From Naegleria gruberi (taxonomy: Eukaryota), in the NCBI GenBank assembly GCA_000004985.1, contig GG738894.1: a stretch of DNA of 64,000 nt. One strand, written 5' to 3'. The translations under genes and the position numbers were made by a program. Below are positions 54,763-62,969 of the stretch, piece after piece (within the stretch, counting starts at the first letter, position 1; each line of letters starts with the position of its first letter). The notes beneath the pieces were generated by a model. That model had not been told where the DNA came from. It worked only from the letters and a program-made list of their open reading frames with translations, and made no database searches.

Positions 54763-56784
54763 ATGTCGCTATTCCTCACGCACTGTTTCCCTCATGCTAG
54801 CTCATGCACCGATCACTATGAATCCGATTCGGAATATGAATGTCGTGACGATCTATTCGATTTAAACAGATTCACACAACCAATTCACGTCGGATTGGAT
54901 TTAACAATCGAAGGTTCAAGAAAATTAGGACACTACCTATTGATCATCATGTGGAGGTTAATATTAAAAAGTCCCATGTTATTCCGAGTGAGAGATGAAG
55001 CGAAAGAACAAGTCAAATTGTTGGAGAAATTTTGTTGCCAGAGACACGAAGAGTTTGCTAGGGAGGTTTGTTGTTCGAATCATCATTTGTTTGAAGATTC
55101 GAGTGTGGAAGTGTTTGATGATATGCAGGTGTGGGCTTCCATGAGAGAAAGTGAAGAAAATGAGACACGGGAATACGAAGGAGAAAAGAGAATTAAATTA
55201 GATGCTGAATCCCTGTCAAAAGTTTATACACTTTCGAATTATTTTGCTACTATTGTTAAAAAATACATATTTGGAGAGTTGGCGAAACATGGCACTGCAG
55301 AGATTTACAAATTTATCACAAAGCAAAATAAGATTGCACTTACATTTAAAATTGAGGAGCTCAGAGATATGGTATTGAAATATTTCGAATATACTCCTTC
55401 AATGCTTCCATTGGAAGATCAGGATGTTAAATTATATTTTATTGGAATGACAGCCTTACTGGAATATTTGGCAGCTGAAATGATTGAATTGGGTGGAAAT
55501 GCCGCTAGAGATGCCCGTCAGGAATATATTACACCTTCTTGTTTTGAAATAGCCACTTCAGGAGATGCAGAATTGGAAAGGACGGTACTATTTCACATGA
55601 ACCATTTGCCTCTCGTTGATTTCAATTATTTTTATGGAGCCAATCAAACAGTATTACCTCCTATTGATGTGAATGAGAAAGCCAATAGTGGAGAGGAATT
55701 TAATTTTACTCAACTACCAACTGAATTACATAACACCATACTCAAAAATGTTTCTTCGTTGGAAGAACTTTTGGAAATGAGATTGGTTTGCAAACAATGG
55801 AACTATTTCATCATGAATGATAATGATATTTGGAAGAGTTTAATTTGTAACAATACGATTTCAGAAGATTTATTCAGGTTCTGTGATTCAACTTTTACTG
55901 TTGGTGAGTTGGAAACTATTTTGAGTAGAGGAAAAGATCTAAAACCTCTCCATTTTGGCCAACAAGTAATTAATCATTTCTATGAGAAGAATGATTGGAA
56001 GTCCCTATACTTTATTCTCGTACGAAGACATTTGACATTTATACGTGATTTGGATTTGATGAAATCAAGAGAATTTTTCGATGAATATTTCAATTACGAT
56101 TCTTCTGTAGAATCATATGACAACTCGAAAAAGAAACTGCAAATTGGAATTACAAAGGGTGTATTTGCGAATTTCAACTTTACAAAACACCTATCATCAC
56201 GTGTTTCGTCTAAGGTTTACATTCCTAAAGATGCTCTTTCAGAATTTTTGAAATTTGGAAATAATTATTCACTAGTTGGTGTGATTGACTTTTCAAAATT
56301 CTCCTCCTTCATTTCATGTCGTTTGTTCCCAAAAAATGGATTATTATATTGCTTTTATCACAAAATCAATCAAGCAGATTTTCTATTCTTTGAGAATTAT
56401 TCTCTTGAATCTGAACAATTAATTGAATTTGAAATCAAAGACAAAAGCTTTGAATTTCCTCAACCAATTAATCCATACCAAGTCTACCATGAACAAATTA
56501 TTGTCAATCAACCTTCATGTTGTCCACTCTTTTACTTGCAGCAAGCACAAGGTCATCGTTCAGGTTGCAATCTAGCCCCAAGCGTTCTATTTAACAATAA
56601 TGAAGACAAACCTGAAACAATGATTCAATCCTACCTCAGAGAGGATGACGAGGATAATATAGTACTGCTATCAGACACCTTGGAGGAATCAGAAGATACT
56701 TTTTCTATTTACATTTCAAGAGAGGATTTAATCTTAAGAAAGTTTGAGAATGCAAAAATTGAATATGTGAAACCAAACTACTAG
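54763..56784 (+). CDS. F-box protein with N-terminal histone H2B-like + H2A-like fold doublet
   Basis: 673-aa intronless ORF. Residues ~195-290 (KIALTFKIEELRDMVLKY...KLYFIGMTALLEYLAAEMIELGGNAARDARQEYITPSCFEIATSGDAELERTVL) align with the histone H2A core (LQFPVGRVHRLLRK...[50 protein letters not shown]). Immediately upstream, RKLGHYLLIIMWRLILKSP...KRIKLDAESLSKVYTLSNYFATIVKKYIFGELAKHGTAEIYKF resembles H2B (RKESYSVYVYKVLKQVHP...[37 protein letters not shown]), including an exact GELAKH. The F-box follows (LPTELHNTILKNVSSLEELLEMRLVCKQWNYFIMNDNDIW), then ~300 aa of unassigned sequence. Confidence 0.7.
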   Translation: MSLFLTHCFPHASSCTDHYESDSEYECRDDLFDLNRFTQPIHVGLDLTIEGSRKLGHYLLIIMWRLILKSPMLFRVRDEAKEQVKLLEKFCCQRHEEFAREVCCSNHHLFEDSSVEVFDDMQVWASMRESEENETREYEGEKRIKLDAESLSKVYTLSNYFATIVKKYIFGELAKHGTAEIYKFITKQNKIALTFKIEELRDMVLKYFEYTPSMLPLEDQDVKLYFIGMTALLEYLAAEMIELGGNAARDARQEYITPSCFEIATSGDAELERTVLFHMNHLPLVDFNYFYGANQTVLPPIDVNEKANSGEEFNFTQLPTELHNTILKNVSSLEELLEMRLVCKQWNYFIMNDNDIWKSLICNNTISEDLFRFCDSTFTVGELETILSRGKDLKPLHFGQQVINHFYEKNDWKSLYFILVRRHLTFIRDLDLMKSREFFDEYFNYDSSVESYDNSKKKLQIGITKGVFANFNFTKHLSSRVSSKVYIPKDALSEFLKFGNNYSLVGVIDFSKFSSFISCRLFPKNGLLYCFYHKINQADFLFFENYSLESEQLIEFEIKDKSFEFPQPINPYQVYHEQIIVNQPSCCPLFYLQQAQGHRSGCNLAPSVLFNNNEDKPETMIQSYLREDDEDNIVLLSDTLEESEDTFSIYISREDLILRKFENAKIEYVKPNY

Positions 56785-57061
56785 CACGAGCCATCAGCCA
56801 AAATTGTTTAATAAATTAAAAAGACTACAGCACCACAGGTTTCCAAGTTGTCTCCAACCTCAGTACTGATGTGGCTCGACGATGCTTAACTTCTCAAATC
56901 GGACAGGATGAGGTGCATTCATCGTGATATGGCCGTAGCCATTCATTTCCTTAATACAATGAATATAAAGAATATTTAACTAATTGGATCAGAAATTTAT
57001 TCATTTTACATATTAACTCGGGCTATATTGTTGAATCTCTTGTTTCACTCTTTAGAAATAA

Positions 57062-57457
57062 CTACAAATCTTCGTCTTCAAATTGTGGAGGTTTGTGATG
57101 ATCTGGATTAACATTTCCAAACGAAGATGAAGAACTACCTCCTCTATTTCCACTTCCATAACCTCCAAATGGTCCAATGGTAGGATAAACTGGATCAAAT
57201 CGAGAACCTGGTAACATCTGAGGAGGTTTCATATCTCCTCCTCCCATTGAAGAAGCAGAAGGAAAATTCGAACGATCATTGAAAATTGGATTATTTGGTC
57301 CAACTTGATTGCCACCAAATCCACCACTCATTGAGGAAGGAGCATTTCCATGTAAAGGTTGAAAACAAGGCAATGGATTTAAATCTTGATCTCCTACTCT
57401 TCTATTATTATTCATCATCATGTTGTTACTATTATTGTTAAAATTATTGTTATTCAT
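57062..57457 (-). CDS. PI31 (proteasome inhibitor) C-terminal-domain-like Gly/Pro-rich protein
   Basis: 131-aa ORF. GSRFDPVYPTIGPFGG...NVNPDHHKPPQFEDEDL parallels the PI31 C-terminus (ARFDPFGPIG...NPDHLPPPGYDDMYL). The N-terminus is poly-Asn. No PI31 N-terminal FP domain is found in the ORF or the 200 nt upstream. Confidence 0.45.
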   Translation of the reverse strand: MNNNNFNNNSNNMMMNNNRRVGDQDLNPLPCFQPLHGNAPSSMSGGFGGNQVGPNNPIFNDRSNFPSASSMGGGDMKPPQMLPGSRFDPVYPTIGPFGGYGSGNRGGSSSSSFGNVNPDHHKPPQFEDEDL

Positions 57458-57486
57458 GTTGTGTTATTCTTTTTGTGTTGAATTCA

Positions 57487-57585
57487 TTGATTGGCATGAG
57501 ATTTTTGTGCTATTTAAAGAATTTTGAAAAAGGAATTAAAGTTATTTGTGTTACATATTACAAAAATAACTTTTTGAACAACATT
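57487..57585. promoter_or_regulatory. ~95-bp direct repeat copy A (45-nt identical core containing a TTTAAATAG TATA-like element on the minus strand)
   Basis: Core ttttgtgctatttaaagaattttgaaaaaggaattaaagtt is identical at 57499-57540 and at ~58885-58926. The flanks match at ~80%. Copy A lies ~30-120 nt upstream of the minus-strand PI31-like start. Confidence 0.4.
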
Positions 57586-57660
57586 TCTACCCAAGAAACA
57601 GATGATACATATAGTCAAAACATTGAAAGTTGCGTTCAAAATGTTCTTGATAAATAGAAT

Positions 57661-58770
57661 TTATTCAAAATCTATTGAGATATCAGAGAGTTGATTGTTA
57701 ATTATTTTGATCAATAAATTAGATTTGAAACTATTGATATTGTGGAAGCGCTTCATATGTTCATACAAAAGATATCTCAATGCATACAAGGTCAGTAGGC
57801 ATTGGTTTTCATTTCCGTGACTATATCCATACCATGGAGTGAACATTACCTTCTTAGTTTTGTGAATAACCCATGGATATTTCTGCCTTTCACTTACACT
57901 CCTAGCAAGTAAATGCCAATCATTTACATTACTCAAGGTGGTGTCACAAACTCCACAAATGTATAAATCATCCAATTTCAAACAATCCTCAATAGTCTCT
58001 TCCACTTCACCAATTGTTTGAACTCTATTTTCTAATTTGTTCATACACTTATTCACAAATATAGTCAAGCTCTGATTATCCAATTGATTAATATTTTGTA
58101 GCAAGAGTTGTACATAAGTTCCATCTGTATACTCCACATAACCATCATTTGTGTCCTTTCTTCTCACAAAACCAAGTCTCATTGGAACTGATCGTCCTGC
58201 TCCTCTCAAAAACACTACAGACAACTCTCCACTGTTGATTAAATCATTAATCACACCTACAACAACTGAATCAAATCCCGTATAAGTTCCAGAATATAAC
58301 GTGAAGAAAACAATATTATATCCTCTCAGAAAGCTCCTCATCACTTGAGGTTGCAAGCTACAAAAACTGGATTCATTAATCCGATCCACCTTCTTGAATA
58401 TACATTTCTGATCGAGCATGAATCTCGTCCAATGTGATTCAGTGGACTCCTCCGAAGTCTTGAATAATTTTGGATTTTTAACATAATAACACAATCTCTC
58501 TTCAATACATTGCATAAAGTGGGCAGGTTCTGATGTATCTGCTTGAATAATCAAGGCTGATTGTAATTCATCAAATTCCTTTATAGTCAATTCATCCAAA
58601 TTGTCAGTGATTGCAAGTGGAACCAGATCAATGTCCTTCCTATCATGAGGTGTCCCTGCATCTAGATTATTATCAATTGTATCGTAATCATCCATTTTTT
58701 TTGTTGTAATATTTATTCTAAAAATAATTTGGCTCCATGGTAACAATTTGAAAGCAGTTACACGCAACAT
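57661..58770 (-). CDS. Hypothetical protein
   Basis: 369-aa ORF with a coding-like composition (e.g. NIVFFTLYSGTYTGFDSVVVGVINDLINSGELSVVFLRGAG). No family recognised. Flanked by the two direct-repeat copies. Confidence 0.5.
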   Translation of the reverse strand: MLRVTAFKLLPWSQIIFRINITTKKMDDYDTIDNNLDAGTPHDRKDIDLVPLAITDNLDELTIKEFDELQSALIIQADTSEPAHFMQCIEERLCYYVKNPKLFKTSEESTESHWTRFMLDQKCIFKKVDRINESSFCSLQPQVMRSFLRGYNIVFFTLYSGTYTGFDSVVVGVINDLINSGELSVVFLRGAGRSVPMRLGFVRRKDTNDGYVEYTDGTYVQLLLQNINQLDNQSLTIFVNKCMNKLENRVQTIGEVEETIEDCLKLDDLYICGVCDTTLSNVNDWHLLARSVSERQKYPWVIHKTKKVMFTPWYGYSHGNENQCLLTLYALRYLLYEHMKRFHNINSFKSNLLIKIINNQLSDISIDFE

Positions 58771-58871
58771 TTCTTTTCATTTGACAAAGACCAACTGAGA
58801 TGACCTTGAGTAAGGAGTTATTAGAATCCAATGAGGATTAAAGAACTACTAAATTCCTTAGTTGTTTCTCC

Positions 58872-58970
58872 AATTGGATCTTGGTTTTTGTGCTATTTAA
58901 AGAATTTTGAAAAAGGAATTAAAGTTCTTTAGTGTGTGCAAATATTTCAAAAATAACTTTTTAAAGAGTG
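58872..58970. promoter_or_regulatory. ~95-bp direct repeat copy B (upstream of the minus-strand gene starting at 58770)
   Basis: See copy A. This copy lies 100-200 nt upstream of the ATG at 58770. Confidence 0.4.
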
Positions 58971-59246
58971 TTGGAAATGCAAAGGAGCAAAATATTAGAA
59001 TCGACAACTGACTAGACAATTTCACGTTGAAATTCAATGAGGTCTGTAAATTATTAATTTTTGAATTAGTACCCCAGTAATATTAATAATAATAATACAA
59101 CATTGTAAAGACAATATCTTAATGAGAGTGTCAAAGGAGAATTTATCCAATCATTTTTCCCTGACACACCAAATAAAACTTATCAGTCAGTAGTCAATTG
59201 TGAGACAAATCTCAGACAACCAAATTGAGAAGAATCGACACTCCCC

Positions 59247-60454
59247 ATGGAACACAACTCTCATACTTACCCCTCACCATTTCGTTTGACATCCATCTGT
59301 AAAAAAATGTTAGGCAGTAAGATTTGTCTATTGTTGCTTGCATGTTGTGTTGTTTCCCTACTTTTGGTCAACTTCCAAACAGTTAATAGTTCAAGACCCA
59401 ATTGTTCTGATCCATTACCTAAAGATTCCAGTCAATTTAGAAGAAATACCTTGCAACATGCTCTTGAGGAAGAATCTCTTCTTCAAGAAGATGACATGGA
59501 CCACTTGAACACCTTGAGTGCTGTCACTTTGAAAGGTGGCAGAGGTGGTGGAAGAGGTGGACGTGGTCGTGGTGGTGGTAGAGGTGGTAGAGGAGAGGAG
59601 GTAGAGGTAGAGGAGGACGTGGTTCAAGAGGAAGTAGAGGATCCAGAGGTGGTAAAGGAAGTAGAGGAAGCAAAGGTGGTTCAAGATCATCTTCTGGAAG
59701 AGGAAGTAGAGGAAGTAGAGGAGGTGGAAGAGGTAGAGGAAGCAGAGGAAGTAGAAGTGGATCAAGATCATCCTCAAGATCTGGAAGAAACAGTGGAAAG
59801 AGTAGAGGTGGAAAAGCTTCTTCGTCATCATCATCTGCTTCTTCTAAGGGAGCAAGAAGATCTGCAGCATCCAAAGCTAAAGCTACCAACAAATCACCAA
59901 CCGATTTGGGAAGAGTTTCGGTTACTGCCAGACGAACCTCCAAAACTAAAACAACTCAACAACAACAACAACAAGAATCCAAGGAAACTAAAAACAATAG
60001 AACCAAATCAGGAGGAGAAGGTTTACATATTCCATTTACAATGGAAGCTCTCAATATCATGTTCAAGGCCAAGAAGAAATTTGACGGATTTTTGGGACCT
60101 CACACTCAAAGACTTCCTCCAATTCCATTCGTTTCTGATAAACAAACATCTTGTGTGGCATGTAGAGTTGATTGCCTTAAAAGATGGAATGGTTTGGATA
60201 GACGTTCCATTTTTAGTAAGTGTAAGAAACAATTTTACTATTATGGATGTGAAAAAATTGCTCCATGTTTGAGAACGAGAGGAAATGGAGCAAATTTAGA
60301 GGAAGTTGAAGGTATGTTAGGTATTTGTTATGATAGAAATGGTTGTGAATTGGACAGACTTGTCGCCACTCAATATGTCAAACTTTATGGAATTGAAAAT
60401 GCGTCGAGAAGAATTGCAGCTGATATCATGTCTGAAAATCAAGATACTCAATAA
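59247..60454 (+). CDS. Secreted RGG/RGS-repeat protein with C-terminal Cys-rich domain; frame discontinuity inside the GGN/AGG repeat
   Basis: Frame 0 (59247..) gives a signal peptide (MLGSKICLLLLACCVVSLLLVNFQTVNS) and the start of an RGG repeat, then degenerates into an EEVEVEE-type tract. The frame that is open from ~59590 continues the RGG/RGS repeat (RGGRGSRGSRGGKGSRGS...) and runs into a Cys-rich globular domain (CVACRVDCLKRWNGL...CKKQFYYYGCEKIAPCLRTRGNG...ICYDRNGCELDRL) ending at 60454. The two parts must be joined by a frameshift or very short intron near 59580-59595. Confidence 0.45.
59545..59800. repeat. GGN/AGG/GAG trinucleotide-rich low-complexity tract
   Basis: ggtggaagaggtggacgtggtcgtggtggtggtagagg... 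It is open in several frames on both strands (spurious track ORFs 59415..59834 and 59524..59943 on the minus strand). Confidence 0.6.
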
Positions 60455-60655
60455 ATTAGTTTGAATTGTAGTGAAATAATTGCCAAATATTCAAGATTTA
60501 GCTTATTAGAAACTTTATTCTAAAACGCACTAAACTAAAAGGAATTGCATATTAAATCGCTCAATACGCTCGTCGTTCTACCGTTGGCCCCGTTGTTAAC
60601 TTGGGAAGTAAAGGTCTATTTCCACTCTCGTCAATTTAACATTCTTACAAAAAAA

Positions 60656-61720
60656 ATGCTGAAATATTTAGCTGTCATTTGTCTTGTATTTTTTAGTTGT
60701 CATCTTGTGGCTGCAAAATTGCAAGTTACACCAAATAATGAACGTGGCATCAAGGTAGCAAATGGTCAAACTGCTGGTGAACACGAATTTCCTTTCATTG
60801 TTTCCATTCAAAAACAACTTTCGTCCGGAGCTTTCGAACATCTCTGTACAGGAAGTATCCTATCGAGTACATTTGTATTGACAGCTGCTCACTGTTTAGA
60901 CTCATCTACAACACTTGTTGTTGTTTACGGAACTTATGACAATACATGTTCAGATAATTGTAAATACATCAAAGTCAAAAATCAAATTGCTCATCCTTCC
61001 TATCAGAAAGGAACAGAAAGAAATGACATTGCTGTATTTGAACTTGAAAGTGCATTGCCAATTGATGATTCAACTGTTAGTACAGTTTCTATTGATGCAA
61101 ATTCAATTGCAATTCATGATGAGGAAAGTGATTCTTCTAGATTAGTTTTAATTTCTGGTTGGGGAGCTTTGAATTCTAACTTGGATTATCCTAAAAAGTT
61201 ACAAAAGGCATCTGTTCCAATTGTTAAAATGTCATATTGTAATAATTTGAATTTGGGTGGAGTTGATATTGAACAAATTTGTGCAGGAGCTGGAAATGGT
61301 AAGTTTTTACAATTTTAGAAAGTGAATTTCAATAATTTTCATAGGAAGGGATGCTTGCAGTGGAGACAGTGGTGGTCCTTTATTTAGAAAAATATCTTCC
61401 TCTTCAAAATATACTCAATTTGGTGTTGTAAGTATTGAAATACTTTACAAAAAATTATTGAAATATTGTAAAATATTGTAAAATAGGTTTCGACTGGTTA
61501 TGAAACTTGTGGAGCAACTGTTAGTAGAGGACTCTATTCGAATACCACTTTCTATCTATCATTCATTCAAACATACGTCCCAGGAGTTTCTGTTAATCAA
61601 GATTCGGATACTGTCAATCCAGGAGATATTGGAACTGGTAATACTGGAACAGGTTCTCAAATTGTATATACCTCACTATCATTTATTGTACTTTTATTCA
61701 TAATTTCACTAATTTTCTAA
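60656..61720 (+). CDS. Trypsin-like serine protease (S1 family), secreted with GPI-anchor-like C-terminus (3 exons); paralog of 45611..46623
   Basis: Exons 60656..61298, 61345..61427, 61487..61720; introns 46 and 59 nt (GTAAGT donors). Signal peptide MLKYLAVICLVFFSCHLVAA. Triad present: LTAAHC, NDIAVFEL, CAGAGNG|[14 protein letters not shown]-terminal tail SLSFIVLLFIISLIF. The first intron is in the same position (just before GDSGGP) as in the other trypsin gene. Confidence 0.8.
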
Positions 61721-61753
61721 GTTATTTGAAAAACAAAACACTTTACAAAAAAA

Positions 61754-62880
61754 TTAAAGAGAATTCAAAATTTCTTCAGCAGTTTTTTCCACCTCTTGTC
61801 TATTCAAAGTATTAACAATGTAAACTCCCTTCACTTGTTTATGTGAATCGGCTTTAATAAATCTACTCATGAGAAAATCCTTCACTTGATTGACTTGTTC
61901 TGAGCTTTTCACAAATTCTGGAAAGAGAGAGGAAAAGACAACTTTTTGTCTGTGAATGATTTCTTCCAAAATGTCAAGTTTTGTAAAGATTAGAAAGATT
62001 GGAACAGTGGTTGATGAGATAACGTCCTTGAAACATTTCAAACTCTCATTAGCTCTGTTGAAATTCATTTTCCGATATACATATTCGAATAGAGGTAATA
62101 AACTTACCTATTTTCATTCTGATCTTCATAACAATATTGAAAGCATTCACTTAATGAAACCATGAAAAAGATAGCATCTGGAAGAGGATTTGCACTAATT
62201 ACATGTTTCCATTTCTTTCTCTCATTTCTTTGTCCTCCTGTATCTGTTCTAAATTCGTAAAATATTGAATTACCCAATTAGTTAATAACATACATGGTCA
62301 ATTTGAAATTTTTAAATTCAGTTGATCCACAATTTACAATTCCGACTGTCTTTTTCTGTAATCTTGCCAGATCCTCAATTGTTGGCTCATAATTATTCGA
62401 AAGTAGAATTCTCTCACTATTCTTAAAGAAATATTGATGATTTCCTGCGAGATGAAGGAGAGGATACAGTTCTGGATTGTCAATCACATCACAAACTGCT
62501 GGATTTTTCAATAATTTGATAAAATTCTTGCAATTCTTCAACAACACCTCCAAATGTCTCCTTTCAAAATGACTGTCAACATAATTTTCCACTAGGTGAG
62601 CTAATTGCTTGACAATATTTTCATCATCACCTGTAATATTCCTTCTAACCTGCGCATTTGTTGTAATATTCACCAAATTTTGAAGAACACTATATTGAAT
62701 ATGTTCGGAATGAATTTTCAAATTCTTATCAACAACAACTTGATTGGAAATTAATTGTCGTGCAAATGATGATTTGCCACATTCACCAGTTCCCAGAAAT
62801 ACAAACGACTTGTTGATGAATGAGCACGATGGAACAATTCCAGTAAAGAAGGTGAAGGGAGGAGAGGGCTTGTTCTTCAT
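61754..62880 (-). CDS. Heterotrimeric G-protein alpha-subunit-like protein, divergent (3 exons)
   Basis: Exons (minus) 62294..62880, 62108..62248, 61754..62054. Introns of 45 and 53 nt run GTATGT...AG and GTAAGT...AG on the minus strand. P-loop FVFLGTGECGKSSFARQLI. Switch regions YEPTIEDLARLQKKTVGIV and FKLT|ITDTGGQRNERKKWKHVISANPLPDAIFFMVSLSECF. C-terminal IFLIFTKLDILEE ... VYIVNTLNRQ, where NKxD is replaced by TKLD and TCAT by VNTL. Confidence 0.7.
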
Positions 62881-62969
62881 TTTGTTTTTTTTTGTATAAT
62901 TGTAAGTGGGCGGCAATCCTTAGAGCTACTTATTCGATTCTTTATTTATGGAAATGAAGAGTGGTGAAG

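Noticed and set aside
57661-58770. Idea that the 369-aa protein is the missing PI31 N-terminal (FP) domain
   Set aside because: It has no resemblance to the FP-domain sequence pattern and is a separate ORF with its own promoter-like repeat copy.
59415-59943. Two minus-strand ORFs (59415..59834, 59524..59943) over the GGN/AGG repeat
   Set aside because: Poly-Leu/Pro/Phe translations of the reverse complement of the RGG repeat. There is no start context and no domain.
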